This document shows, in pieces, positions 39,882 to 51,498 of a stretch of 64,000 nt of DNA (the stretch's first letter is position 1; each line of letters opens with the position of its first letter). The notes beneath the pieces were generated by a model. It searched no databases, was not told the DNA's origin, and saw only the letters and a list, made by a program, of their open reading frames with translations. A program made the translations under genes and the position numbers. The stretch comes from Myxococcota bacterium (GTDB taxonomy: Bacteria > Myxococcota_A > UBA796 > CAJQPC01): assembly GCA_036012755.1 (NCBI GenBank), contig DASCPX010000129.1, positions 160,001-224,000 on the forward strand, written 5' to 3'.

Positions 39882-41434
39882 CGGCGCCTCCTGATCACCA
39901 GCAACGCCAACAACCAGGGAGCCAGCGCCACGCCGCCACCGCAGCCGCAGCGCGGTTCGGGTTCGAAGGGTGGTGGTGTGGCGGCCGGCGGCGTGCTGTC
40001 TGCCACCGGATCTGAGTCCACCACGGATGTGTCGATGGGTGGGTCGGACTCCTGGGGTCCTGTGTCGATGGGGCCCTCTGCTTCGATGCAGGTCAGGGTC
40101 CAGGTGTGGGTGTCCGTCAGCGCTCCGTCGGTGTCCAGTCGCACGATGGCGGTCGGATCCGACACGGACAGGATGATCTCGTGGCTGACGAGGTCCTCGC
40201 AGGTCACACTCAGCTCCGAGTCGCTCCCGGCGTCCGCCCCGTCGAGGGTCCAGGACAGCACCATCGAGTCGTCGTCCGGACCCAACACAGTTGCTGTGAA
40301 GACCTGCTCCTCGCCGATCTCCAAGGTAGCCTCGTCCTCTGGGATCGTGTCGACCACCAGCTCCGAGAGGTGCTCGTACATCACGACGAGTCCGTGCTCT
40401 TTGCACACCGGACAGAAGTCCTTGTAGAGCGTGTACATCAGGCAGTCCCCGTTCGTGGGACTGTGCCAGTCGGTGTAGGAGCAGGGGGTGAAGGCGCCGA
40501 TCCCCTCGACGTCCAGCCACTGGCTCCAGGTGGAGCCATCTGACTCCGAGCTGCAGTTCGCGCCGGCCCCAGAGCCCCCGTAGGCGTAGCCGTAGCTGTA
40601 CTCGTCCCACAGCTCCATGAAGTGGTGGCCCAGCTCGTGTACCTGCACCTCGTCGGAGTAGGTCCCCGTGTAGGTGGTGCAGTAGGTCGGGCTGCCCATG
40701 CCGCCGTAGGTGCTGTCGTTGACGAGCACCACGGTCATGTCAGCTGCCGGCAGGGAGCTGTCGATGGCCGCGACGACGGCGTCATCGTCGCAACAGACCA
40801 GGCGATCGGTGCCCGAACAGCCGTAGTAGCAGCCGTACGCCGTGTCCTTTTCGATGTCCTGGCCTGCGTCGTAGTGAGAGGCCCCGGACTCGGCGGAGGC
40901 GGCGTCCACCCGCCAGACGCTGACGAGGCCGCTGTAGCTGGCGTAGGGCTCGCGAGTCAGCAGGTCCGTCGAGAGTCGGTCCACGTCGGAGCGCCAGAGC
41001 TCGAGCTCGTCGATGGTGTAGCCGTCGCCGAGGTAGAGGATGTCGATGCGCTCGTCCAGCGGGCCGTCGACGTCGACCGCCACGACGGGATCTGAGGGCG
41101 GGGCGACGCTCAGGCCCACCCGGGCCGAACCCAGCCGGAGGCTGCGGGCGCCGTCAGGCCACTCGATGGCGACCCGGGCGTATGCGGCGTCCAGTTCGAC
41201 GTGGGCGCCTCCTCCTTCCGGGTGGATGATGCCTGCGCGCCGAACATCCATGGGCACCGCGGCGGTGGCGAGGATGCTGCCGTCGGCGGCCAGGATCTCC
41301 AGGTCCCCGGCGGTACGGGACACGACCTTGCCAGGGGCCGCGACGACGCGGACGAGCGCCACACCGGTGTCGTCCACGCGGAGGGTCGCGATCGCGCTGT
41401 CGGCCTGCGCGAGGCCCATCCAGATCAGAAGCAT
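39878..41434 (-). CDS. M64 (IgA peptidase-like) metallopeptidase with MYXO-CTERM-like tail
   Basis: IDILYLGDGYT, EPY, HELGH...L.DEY, CLM, FCPVC; tail CGCGGG..PWLLALLVIRRRR. Confidence 0.85.
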   Translation of the reverse strand: MLLIWMGLAQADSAIATLRVDDTGVALVRVVAAPGKVVSRTAGDLEILAADGSILATAAVPMDVRRAGIIHPEGGGAHVELDAAYARVAIEWPDGARSLRLGSARVGLSVAPPSDPVVAVDVDGPLDERIDILYLGDGYTIDELELWRSDVDRLSTDLLTREPYASYSGLVSVWRVDAASAESGASHYDAGQDIEKDTAYGCYYGCSGTDRLVCCDDDAVVAAIDSSLPAADMTVVLVNDSTYGGMGSPTYCTTYTGTYSDEVQVHELGHHFMELWDEYSYGYAYGGSGAGANCSSESDGSTWSQWLDVEGIGAFTPCSYTDWHSPTNGDCLMYTLYKDFCPVCKEHGLVVMYEHLSELVVDTIPEDEATLEIGEEQVFTATVLGPDDDSMVLSWTLDGADAGSDSELSVTCEDLVSHEIILSVSDPTAIVRLDTDGALTDTHTWTLTCIEAEGPIDTGPQESDPPIDTSVVDSDPVADSTPPAATPPPFEPEPRCGCGGGVALAPWLLALLVIRRRR

Positions 41435-41514
41435 GGCGCAGTCTGGCATGGAGCTTGCGCGCGCCAAAGCGGGAGGCTGGAGCTCGGCGGGCTACCTCCG
41501 CGCGGAGGTCCCCC

Positions 41515-42219
41515 ATGTTCATGATGCTCATCGCCTGCACCGGTCGCGAACCCCAGGACGGTCAGGGGCGTCCGCCGCTCGGGGGTGACGACAGCGCCGA
41601 CACCGGCCCCGATGTGCCTCTGGACGGCCAGGGTGAGATCACGGGGGACTGTGGGTTCCTCGCCCACCAGCAGTGGACGAGCAGCGAGAGCTGGCTCTTC
41701 CGCAACAGCATCGACCTCGGTGACGCTGGCCTCGACGTCGAGGATCTCTCGGAGGGGGGCGCGAAGGTCTACACAGACGGGAACCTCGGAGGATCCTCGC
41801 TGTTGTCCGAGGTGCTGGCCTTCGAGCTGCTCTACCGCTGTGAGCTCGCGGACCTCGTCAAGACGGAGGCCGAGATCGAGTACGCCACAGAGGGCAAGAA
41901 GACCGACCTGCTGGTTCAGATCGACAGCCGCAGCGTCGGCGTGAGCGTCACCCGGGCATACCACTGGCCTCCAGAGGACCTCTTCACAGTCGAGGAGGCC
42001 GACGCGCTCTTGACCGACAAGCTCGCCGACGCCAGCGAGGCCGACGACAACGTCGCCGCGGCGGACGCCTGGGAGCGGACGATCCTCCACGTCATCGCCT
42101 ACGACTCACAGTACGCGGACATGGTCGAAGAGGCCTACGGGGCTCTCGGTGCCGGTGTCACAGAGGACCACATCCTCGTCGTCTCGGTGACCGAGGGGGA
42201 CGACGAAGAGGTCTATTGA
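41515..42219 (+). CDS. lipoprotein resembling the AAC4-like protein family
   Basis: N.GGSS..SEVL.FELL, KTE.EI.Y, KTD, GVSVTRA. Confidence 0.55.
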   Translation: MFMMLIACTGREPQDGQGRPPLGGDDSADTGPDVPLDGQGEITGDCGFLAHQQWTSSESWLFRNSIDLGDAGLDVEDLSEGGAKVYTDGNLGGSSLLSEVLAFELLYRCELADLVKTEAEIEYATEGKKTDLLVQIDSRSVGVSVTRAYHWPPEDLFTVEEADALLTDKLADASEADDNVAAADAWERTILHVIAYDSQYADMVEEAYGALGAGVTEDHILVVSVTEGDDEEVY

Positions 42220-42295
42220 GACGCCGCGACCAGCCCGGGGAACATCGCGTCATCCTCGTCGGTTATGGTTCGCCCCCCAACAGGAGGAGGCCACG

Positions 42296-42859
42296 ATGTT
42301 CGCCCCAGTGATCGGAGCCGCCCTGGCCCTCAACACGGCTCATGCCGAGCGCTATTCCTTCTCCAACGACAGTTCGGATGTGGGCTTCCACATGGTGGCC
42401 ACGATGCACGAGGTCGACGGCGACTGCGCCAACTTCCAGGGCGAGCTCGACGTCGGCAGGAAGGCCACCCACACGGGCAAGGTCACGGTCCAGACCAGCG
42501 CGGTCACCACGTTCATCGATGTCCGCGACGAGCGCATGCACAACTACGTGCTCGAGATCGAGAAGTACCCGACCATGGAGCTCGACATCAAGGCCATCGA
42601 GGGCGACGTGGAGGGCCTCGACTCCAAGAAGGGCAGCGGCGAGATCTTGCTGAAGGGCCAGCTGACGATCCGCACGGTGAGCAAGGACGTCGAGTTCCCC
42701 GTCACCTACAGCTGGAGCGAGTCCGGCGACCTCAGCCTGAAGGGCGGCTACGAGACGAAGTGGACGAACTGGAACCTGCCGGATCCGAGCATCCTGATCT
42801 CGACGCTGTACCCGGAGCTGGACGTCCGGGTGGACGTGACGGCGAAGAAGTCGCCCTGA
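42296..42859 (+). CDS. YceI family protein
   Basis: GGAGG RBS; signal peptide; S.VGF, RDERM..L..EKYP, G.LTIR..K. Confidence 0.85.
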   Translation: MFAPVIGAALALNTAHAERYSFSNDSSDVGFHMVATMHEVDGDCANFQGELDVGRKATHTGKVTVQTSAVTTFIDVRDERMHNYVLEIEKYPTMELDIKAIEGDVEGLDSKKGSGEILLKGQLTIRTVSKDVEFPVTYSWSESGDLSLKGGYETKWTNWNLPDPSILISTLYPELDVRVDVTAKKSP

Positions 42860-42860
42860 G

Positions 42861-44387
42861 CTACGGGCTCGCGACGCGATCCGGGTAGGGAACGAGCTCG
42901 TCCATGCGCTGGATCTTGTGGAAGTCGACGACCTTGAGGATGTCGGCGCGAGAGAGCTGGTCCGCAGAGTCGTAGCCACAGGATGCCAGGACCATCGCGA
43001 ACTCCTTGAGCACCGCGTGCTGGTAGTTCGAAGCCCGTGGGCCCTGGACCCTGGGCACCAGCCCCCGCTGCAGCCACGAGCTGTGCGTGGCGATTCCGCT
43101 CGGACAGAAGTTCGTGTTGCAGTGGAGCGCCTGGATGCAACCGATCGACAGCATGAACCCTCGGGCGCTGCAGGCCCAGTCGGCGCCGGCCGCCAGCGCG
43201 ATGGCCAGGGCGCCGCCAGTGAAGACCTTGCCTGACGCGGCGATCTTGATCCGCTCGCGAAGTCCGTATTCGAGCAGCTTGTTCTCGGTCATCATGACCG
43301 CATCCAGCATCGGGTACCCGAGGATGTTCGTGTGTGCGAGTGGCGCCGCTCCGGTGCCGCCCTCTGCCCCGTCGACGGCGATGTAGTCCGGGCCGACGCC
43401 CACATCTACGATCGCCTGGAAGATCTGGTCGAGGAACCTGGGGTCACCCAGGCAGTACTTGATGCCTACGGGCTTCCGGCTGAGCTTCTGGACACGCTCC
43501 ACGAAGCGCAACAGACCCTCGGCGTCTTCCCACTCGGAGTGGCGCGGCGGGGAGATGACGTCGCGACCTTGCTCGACGTTTCGGATCTTCGCGATCTCGG
43601 GGGTGATCTTCTCCTTCGGCAGGATCCCGCCCTTGCCTGGCTTGGCACCCTGACTGAGCTTGATCTCGATCATTCGCACCTGGGCCAGGGCGGCTTTCTT
43701 CGCGAAGGTCTCCTCGTCGAAGCTGCCGTCGGCGTTCCGGGCGCCGAACTTGGCGGTGCCCAGCTGCCAGACGAGGTCGCCGCCGGGCTCGCGGTGGTAG
43801 GGGCTGATGCCGCCTTCACCGGTGTTGTGGTAGTAGCCGCCTTCCTTGGCGCCCCTGTTCAGCGAGAGGATGGCCCGCTTTCCGAGGCTTCCGAAGCTCA
43901 TCGCCGAGGTGTTGAACAGGGCGGCATCGTAGGGGTGCTCGCAGTGCGGGTTGTGCTCTCCGACGTGTGTGCGTCCCGGCTCCTCGTGCTTCAGCTTCGG
44001 ATAGGAACTGTGTGCCATGAGGATCGTGCCGGGCGAATCCAGATCGAGCTGGGTGCCAAATGGCACGGTGGCGTCCTCGTTCAGCGCGCTGGCCTCGATC
44101 CACTTGCGCACGTAGCGCGGCACGGGGCGCTCCTCGCGGTCGTTGGAGATGAGGTACTGTCGCAGGGGCGGCCCGACTGACGACAGGGCATGGCGGCCCA
44201 TGGCCATCAGCGGGAAGTTGCGCTTGATGCTGTTCTTGGACTGTAGGAAGTCGCGCAGCGCCATGGCCAGGAAGATGAAGACCAGGAGCAGGAACAGGGT
44301 GCCGCCCGGGTGCTCTACCACCCAGAAGATGGGCGTGAAGATGACTTCGATGAGTGTGTTCAAGAGGGTCTCCTCATTGGGAGACAT
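42861..44387 (-). CDS. FMN-binding glutamate synthase family protein
   Basis: SAMSFG, NTGEGG, EIKLSQGAKPGKGG, DGAEGGTGAAP, GCIQALHC....CPSG. Confidence 0.92.
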   Translation of the reverse strand: MSPNEETLLNTLIEVIFTPIFWVVEHPGGTLFLLLVFIFLAMALRDFLQSKNSIKRNFPLMAMGRHALSSVGPPLRQYLISNDREERPVPRYVRKWIEASALNEDATVPFGTQLDLDSPGTILMAHSSYPKLKHEEPGRTHVGEHNPHCEHPYDAALFNTSAMSFGSLGKRAILSLNRGAKEGGYYHNTGEGGISPYHREPGGDLVWQLGTAKFGARNADGSFDEETFAKKAALAQVRMIEIKLSQGAKPGKGGILPKEKITPEIAKIRNVEQGRDVISPPRHSEWEDAEGLLRFVERVQKLSRKPVGIKYCLGDPRFLDQIFQAIVDVGVGPDYIAVDGAEGGTGAAPLAHTNILGYPMLDAVMMTENKLLEYGLRERIKIAASGKVFTGGALAIALAAGADWACSARGFMLSIGCIQALHCNTNFCPSGIATHSSWLQRGLVPRVQGPRASNYQHAVLKEFAMVLASCGYDSADQLSRADILKVVDFHKIQRMDELVPYPDRVASP

Positions 44388-45303
44388 CGTAGCGGTAGAG
44401 CGCCTCCTCCTGTCCAATCCCGTAGAACTCGAAACTGAGCGTCTCGGATGTGGCGCGAACGACGCTGTAGCCGAAGCTGCTCGAGATGAAGTGCTGCCCC
44501 TCCGAGCCGACCTTGGCGCAGCGCCCCTTGAGGGCACCGGGGTCGGTGCACAGGGGGCGGCTCTTGCTGCCGGAGCCGGCGATGAGCTGGTCGAAGGTGG
44601 GGCCGTCGATGTGCTCGAGGTGGTGGTCGTGTCCGGCCAGGGCGAGGTCCACTCCACAGCGCTCGAAGATCGGCTCGACGGCGTCCTGGAGCGGGATGAG
44701 CTCTGTCGGGTGGAGACCGTGCAGTCCGCTGGAGTGCAGGGGATGGTGGGCGAAGGCGACCTTCCAGCCCTCTGCCGCGCAGAACTCCTCCTCCATCTCC
44801 TTCAGCATCGCGGCGCTGCCGGCTGTGTCGGTCCAGCGTCTCAAGAGCTGGCTGTCCCAGCCATAGAGCGTGAACCACTCGGGCAGGCCCGGCACGCGGT
44901 AGTGGAGGTCCGGCATGCGCCAGCGCTCGGAGCGGTTCGTGTAGTCGATCTGCGCCTGGGCCGAGCGGAGCCAGTCGTGGTTGCCCATGACCACCCAGGT
45001 CTCGAGCGCTCCGTGGCTGGCATAGGGCTTCTCGTAGAGCGCCACGAACTTGCGCGAGATGGAGCTCTCCGCCCCGGTCTCGTAGATGTTGTCGCCGACC
45101 ATCACGGCGAGGTCGCAGCCCAGGGCCGCGCAGGTCCTGGCGGAGTGCTCGGCGACCTGCCGCTGGGGAGGGCCCTTCTTGCCTGTGTCCCCGAGCACGA
45201 GCAGCACGATCTCTTCGTCGGACTGTCGCTCGGTGAACGGAACGGTTGCCAAGGGGGTGGGATCCTGGAGATCGAAGCCCGCGCAAGCGATGAGGTGCCA
45301 CAT
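44374..45303 (-). CDS. purple acid phosphatase-like metallophosphoesterase, lipoprotein
   Basis: GDTG, GDNIY, GNHD, HHP, GHDH; MWHLIAC. Confidence 0.88.
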   Translation of the reverse strand: MWHLIACAGFDLQDPTPLATVPFTERQSDEEIVLLVLGDTGKKGPPQRQVAEHSARTCAALGCDLAVMVGDNIYETGAESSISRKFVALYEKPYASHGALETWVVMGNHDWLRSAQAQIDYTNRSERWRMPDLHYRVPGLPEWFTLYGWDSQLLRRWTDTAGSAAMLKEMEEEFCAAEGWKVAFAHHPLHSSGLHGLHPTELIPLQDAVEPIFERCGVDLALAGHDHHLEHIDGPTFDQLIAGSGSKSRPLCTDPGALKGRCAKVGSEGQHFISSSFGYSVVRATSETLSFEFYGIGQEEALYRYDVSQ

Positions 45304-45334
45304 GCGGGGTCACTATCGCGATAGTCCACCGGGC

Positions 45335-46237
45335 ATGGAACTCCATGAGCGACTCTCCCGACACACGGGCCTCGAGGTCCGGGAGGCGGTCCGCCAGGGG
45401 CGCCAGGGGAGCTTCCGCGTCACCGCGATCGAAGATGGACGACCGCGCCGCTTCGTGCTTCGCGGCGACGCGCCACAGAGTCCGCCCGGGAGCATCTCCT
45501 GCGAGGTCGAGTTCCATGTGATCGCCGCTGCGGTCGAGGTCGGGACGCCGACGCCCCGGGCTCGCTTCCCGGGCGAGGGGCTCGTGCGGGACGGCGCCTT
45601 CGCCTACCTCGCCGATTGGGTCGATGGGGAAGTCACCGGGTCCAGCGTCGTGAGCCACCCGGCGCGGGACGAGCTGCCCGAACAGCTGGCCCGAGCGCTC
45701 TCGGCGATCCACCGGATCACCCCGGAGACCCACGAGCTGCCCCTGTCAGGTCGTGAGCGGGACCCGGGCGAGGCGGCGCTGGAGGCCGCCCGAGAGCTGC
45801 TGGACGCGCTGCCAGAGCCCCACGCCGGCCTCGAGCTGGCATATGTCTGGGCGACGGAGCACGTCCCGGAGCCTGGCCCGATCACGCTGGTCCACGGTGA
45901 CTTCCGGACGGGCAACTTCGTGGTCGGCGAAGGGGGCCTCGCGGCAGTGCTCGACTGGGAGTTCGCCCACTGGGGCGATCCCCTGGAAGACATCGGGCGG
46001 CTCTGTGTGCGCTCCTGGCGTTTTGGCCAGGTTGCGCTGCCAGCCGGTGGCCTCGCGACCCGCGCGCGCTTCTACCCTGCCTACGGCGAGCTCAGCGGGC
46101 ACGACATCGACCCGGAGGTCATCCATTTCTGGGAGGTCCTCGGGAACCTGCGCCGTGGTGCCACTCACCTGGGCGAGCGCTGCCAGGTGGCCTTCGAGGC
46201 CCTCCGGCTCATCGAACTCGGTCCGCCGGAGCTCTGA
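45335..46237 (+). CDS. phosphotransferase family protein (APH/ACAD10-like)
   Basis: VLR, HGDFRTGN, LDWEFAH.GDP.ED. Confidence 0.85.
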   Translation: MELHERLSRHTGLEVREAVRQGRQGSFRVTAIEDGRPRRFVLRGDAPQSPPGSISCEVEFHVIAAAVEVGTPTPRARFPGEGLVRDGAFAYLADWVDGEVTGSSVVSHPARDELPEQLARALSAIHRITPETHELPLSGRERDPGEAALEAARELLDALPEPHAGLELAYVWATEHVPEPGPITLVHGDFRTGNFVVGEGGLAAVLDWEFAHWGDPLEDIGRLCVRSWRFGQVALPAGGLATRARFYPAYGELSGHDIDPEVIHFWEVLGNLRRGATHLGERCQVAFEALRLIELGPPEL

Positions 46238-46461
46238 TGGAGGAGACCGCCGAGCTGCGTCGCCTGTGCGAGCTCTTCGGAGTGGACCCGCCGGAGGTGG
46301 ACACCTCCATGCACCGGATCTCGGAGCTCAACGCTCGGCTGATCGAGCGCATTCGCAGCGGCGATGTCGACGAGGCGCTGTTCGACCACGTCGCCCAGAC
46401 CCTGAAGGAGGAGCTGGCGGTCGCGCGGCCGGGCTTCGACACCCGGCTGGACGTGGAGTGA
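46237..46461 (+). CDS. small DUF6285-like protein
   Basis: L.ERIRSG, LAVARPG; coupled to the phosphotransferase gene. Confidence 0.55.
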   Translation: MEETAELRRLCELFGVDPPEVDTSMHRISELNARLIERIRSGDVDEALFDHVAQTLKEELAVARPGFDTRLDVE

Positions 46462-46495
46462 CCGACACGAGGCAGTGATTTGACCATATTCGGCT

Positions 46496-46744
46496 ATGGA
46501 TGCTCGCTTCGGGCGATCCGATGATCTGATCAGGAAGGGCGGTCAGGAGCCACCTGTGAGAGTTCCGGTCGAAGTTCGAGTGCTCATCGAAGAGGCAGAG
46601 GCCCTTCGCGCCGCCGAACCGGAGCCCGGCTTCGAGATCACCGCGACCCAGCTGTTCGAGGGTCTGCTCTGGGTCACCCTGGCCCTGTGCGTCATAGGCA
46701 CCGTCATCAGCCTCTGGGGCGCGCTCGACGCGCTCTACTTGTAG
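46496..46744 (+). CDS. small hypothetical membrane protein
   Basis: One C-terminal TM helix; fills the intergenic space. Confidence 0.45.
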   Translation: MDARFGRSDDLIRKGGQEPPVRVPVEVRVLIEEAEALRAAEPEPGFEITATQLFEGLLWVTLALCVIGTVISLWGALDALYL

Positions 46745-46746
46745 TC

Positions 46747-48536
<1,790 letters not shown>

Positions 48537-48540
<4 letters not shown>

Positions 48541-49064
48541 TCGATCCAGGTCCCTCGGCCCTGCCAGGCGTTGTCGCAGGGCAGGGGCCACACGATGAGG
48601 TCACAGGCGTCCGGGGAGAGCTCCTCGTAGGCGATGAAGGTCGCCTCGATCTTGTAGTCCATCGTCTTGTCGTCGAGCAGGGTGCCGTCGAGGAGCGCGG
48701 TCACCTGGCTGACGCAGGTGCCGAAGGGGATCTCCAGCGAGCCAGTGAGCGCCACGGTGGTGCCGTCGCTGGTTCCGCTCCAAGGCATCTCCTGCTCGGA
48801 GCCGGGGTCGCTGATCATGTCGATGCAGCTGCCGTCGGTGGTCCACTCGGTCAGCGTGTCCTCGCCCACGTGGATGTGGATTCCCTGGCCCTCGTCGTTC
48901 TCGCAGTCGTTGACCAGGGCCTCCGCGATGTTCAGCGCCCAGGTGCCGTTGGCGAGGTAGCCGTCCTCGACCCCCGTGCAGTCGGGGGACACGCTGTCGT
49001 CGGTGGCCCCGCTGTCCTTCGGGTCGGGGTTTCCCTTCGTGCAAGCCAACAGGAGCCAGGTCAT
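48537..49064 (-). CDS. hypothetical lipoprotein
   Basis: MTWLLLAC; ATGA coupling to the downstream gene. Confidence 0.7.
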
Positions 49065-49128
49065 GGGGGCAGCGTACCCTGACATCGGCTTCACGTTCGG
49101 CGCGGATGGGCCCTTTACATTCACGCCC

Positions 49129-50097
49129 ATGCTGAACTTGACGCTTTCCCTGAGTTTCGCGACCGCAGCCGGCAGCGCAGACCCCAAGATCGTGAACGGC
49201 TCGGCCTCGTCCGACTTCCCGAGCACGGTGGCCCTCGGGGCCGACATGGGCGATGACGTGTTCTCCGCCTGCACCGGCAACGTCATCACGCCGCGGATCG
49301 TGCTCACTGCGGCCCACTGCGGCGCGGACGTGCCGCTGGATGTGATCGTCGCCCTTGGCCAGGCCTTCTTCGGGGCCGAGGCCAGCGACGCGGACTACGC
49401 GGTGTCCTTCTCGGACATGGCGGTCCACCCCGACTACACCGACATCGACTCCGGCGGCGGCATGCCTCGAAACGATGTCGCAGTCCTGGTGCTCGCCGAG
49501 GACGCTCCGGTGGCGGCGACCTGGATCCGGTTGGAGAAGCTCGGCGACGATGAGCTCGGCGCCCAGGTCACGAGCGTCGGCTTCGGCGCGACCTCTTCGG
49601 CTGGCAATGGCTCTGGCACGAAGCGCCAGGCCGATCTGACCGTGGATGACTACGAGCAGGGCTTCATCATCAGCTACAGCGACACCAACCCCGACGGCGG
49701 GCAGATCTGCTCGGGTGACTCGGGCGGGCCGATGTTCCACCTCGACGACGACGGCGAGTGGGTCCAGTGGGGCATCCACAGCTGGGGTGACCAGGACTGC
49801 ACGCAGGTCTCCGGCAGCACGCGGGTCGGCAAGCAGGTCGACTTCATCCTGGAGCAGGTCGAGTTCGTCCACGGCACCACCGACCTCTGCGAGATCAACG
49901 GGCGCTATGGCGACGGAGTCTGCGACGAGCGCTGCGATCTGGAAGACAGCGACTGCGTGATCGAGGAGATCGACTCGGGCCTCGATACGGATCTCGATCC
50001 AGACGAGCCACGCCGCTTCGGCAACTGCGCGACGGCGCCCGGGGCTCCGTGGCTGATGGGGCTCGCCGGGCTCCTGTTCCTCCGGCGACGCGACTGA
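49129..50097 (+). CDS. trypsin-like (S1) serine protease with MYXO-CTERM-like tail
   Basis: IVNG, TAAHC, NDVAVL, GDSGGP; tail GNCA..PWLMGLAGLLFLRRRD. Confidence 0.92.
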   Translation: MLNLTLSLSFATAAGSADPKIVNGSASSDFPSTVALGADMGDDVFSACTGNVITPRIVLTAAHCGADVPLDVIVALGQAFFGAEASDADYAVSFSDMAVHPDYTDIDSGGGMPRNDVAVLVLAEDAPVAATWIRLEKLGDDELGAQVTSVGFGATSSAGNGSGTKRQADLTVDDYEQGFIISYSDTNPDGGQICSGDSGGPMFHLDDDGEWVQWGIHSWGDQDCTQVSGSTRVGKQVDFILEQVEFVHGTTDLCEINGRYGDGVCDERCDLEDSDCVIEEIDSGLDTDLDPDEPRRFGNCATAPGAPWLMGLAGLLFLRRRD

Positions 50098-50138
50098 AGC
50101 TCGGGCGGGACGGTCCTGGCGAGAGTTACATTGCCTTC

Positions 50139-51086
50139 ATGCTGATGCTGCTCCTGCTGTCCGCGCTCGCGTGGGCGGTGCCGACGAAGACGCTCGAGGC
50201 GGGGATCGATCGAAGGGTCATCCTCGTCGACATGGACGGCCGCCAGATCGACTGCAGCCTCGTCGCCGTCGAGGACACCCGGCTCGTCGTTCGCTTGGAT
50301 GACGGCTCTCTCGCGGAGGTGGAGCGCTCAGCGGTGGTGAACCTCGTCGACCTCGGCCCGGCGCCTCCTCCTCCTGTCGAGGAGGAGCCAGAGGACGACT
50401 TCGGCGAGGACCCGCTGGATGAGGAGACGCTCGACGACTTCGACGTCGAAGAGGTCCTCGAGGAGATCCTCGAGGAGGGAGTCGTCGAGGACCCGGTCGT
50501 CGAGGACCCGGTCGTCGAGGAGGCCGCCATCGAGGAGGCCATCACCGAGGAGGCCCCGGTCCTCGAGGAGCGGGCGGAGCTGCCGGAGGATGACCTCGCG
50601 CTGCCGGAGAGTGATGGCGTCTCGACCGAAGGCGATGTCGCGGAGAGCGAGGCCTGGGAGGAGCCCTCCGACCCCGTCGCCACCGACCCCGTCGCCACGG
50701 ACGCCGTGGCGGACGTCCAGCCCGAGCCTGCCGTCGAGCCCGAGCGTGACCCGGAGGCCGACTCCGAGCTCTACTACCGGGGGCGCGCGGATGGGGCAGC
50801 GGCGGCAAAGGGAGCGGTGACCGCGATGCCCCAGGGCTTGGGCTTCCTCGGCGGCTGTGTCGGTAGCTGCGCCGGGTGCACGGCGGCCACCCTGACCTTC
50901 GCCTTGATGGAGCCGACGGTCCCGACTGGAGACTGGCAGGATCGAGAGGGCCTGTACCAGCAGGGCTACGTCCAGGCCTATCGCGACACCTACCAGCGCG
51001 AGGCGGCCCGGCGAGCCTTCGCGGGCGGTGCCCTCGGCGCTGCGACGACCACCGTGGTGGCCATCGCACTCATCGCCCAGCTCTGA
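50139..51086 (+). CDS. exported protein with acidic low-complexity linker and hydrophobic C-terminal helices
   Basis: Signal MLMLLLLSALAWA; E/D/P-rich centre; C-terminal hydrophobic segments. Confidence 0.65.
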   Translation: MLMLLLLSALAWAVPTKTLEAGIDRRVILVDMDGRQIDCSLVAVEDTRLVVRLDDGSLAEVERSAVVNLVDLGPAPPPPVEEEPEDDFGEDPLDEETLDDFDVEEVLEEILEEGVVEDPVVEDPVVEEAAIEEAITEEAPVLEERAELPEDDLALPESDGVSTEGDVAESEAWEEPSDPVATDPVATDAVADVQPEPAVEPERDPEADSELYYRGRADGAAAAKGAVTAMPQGLGFLGGCVGSCAGCTAATLTFALMEPTVPTGDWQDREGLYQQGYVQAYRDTYQREAARRAFAGGALGAATTTVVAIALIAQL

Positions 51087-51131
51087 CAAAAGAGGACAGG
51101 TACCAGCGGCGGCCTGTGCTAGAAACGCCCA

Positions 51132-51488
51132 ATGGTCCACCGGCCTCGACAGCCGCGGCTTCGCTTGAGGGCCCGCGTTCACCGCGACGGGCCGGACCGC
51201 TTCTACATGGGGCTGTCCGAGAACATCTCCTCGGGCGGAGTGTTCATCGCCAGCGAGTGTCCGCCCTCACTCGGCGAGGAGGTCCAGCTCGTCGTCGGTC
51301 CCGAAGCGAGGCCCATCCAGGTGAACGGCGTCGTGCGCTGGCTTCGCGTGGACGAGGACGGCAACCCGACCGGCTGCGGTGTGCAGTTCATCCGGCTCGA
51401 CGACGCCCGCAAGACCACCATCGCCGCATTCCTGCGCGACGCGCCGAACGACCCGTTGCTGCACATGACGCTCGACGAGTCGATGTAA
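51132..51488 (+). CDS. PilZ domain protein (myxobacterial type)
   Basis: RQPRLR, NISSGGVFI, GVVRW, GVQF. Confidence 0.85.
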   Translation: MVHRPRQPRLRLRARVHRDGPDRFYMGLSENISSGGVFIASECPPSLGEEVQLVVGPEARPIQVNGVVRWLRVDEDGNPTGCGVQFIRLDDARKTTIAAFLRDAPNDPLLHMTLDESM

Positions 51489-51498
51489 CAATCCCAGA

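Noticed and set aside
50481..50700. 15-nt tandem repeats (GTCGTCGAGGACCCG; GACCCCGTCGCCAC)
   Set aside because: Ordinary low-complexity linker duplications within a coding region.
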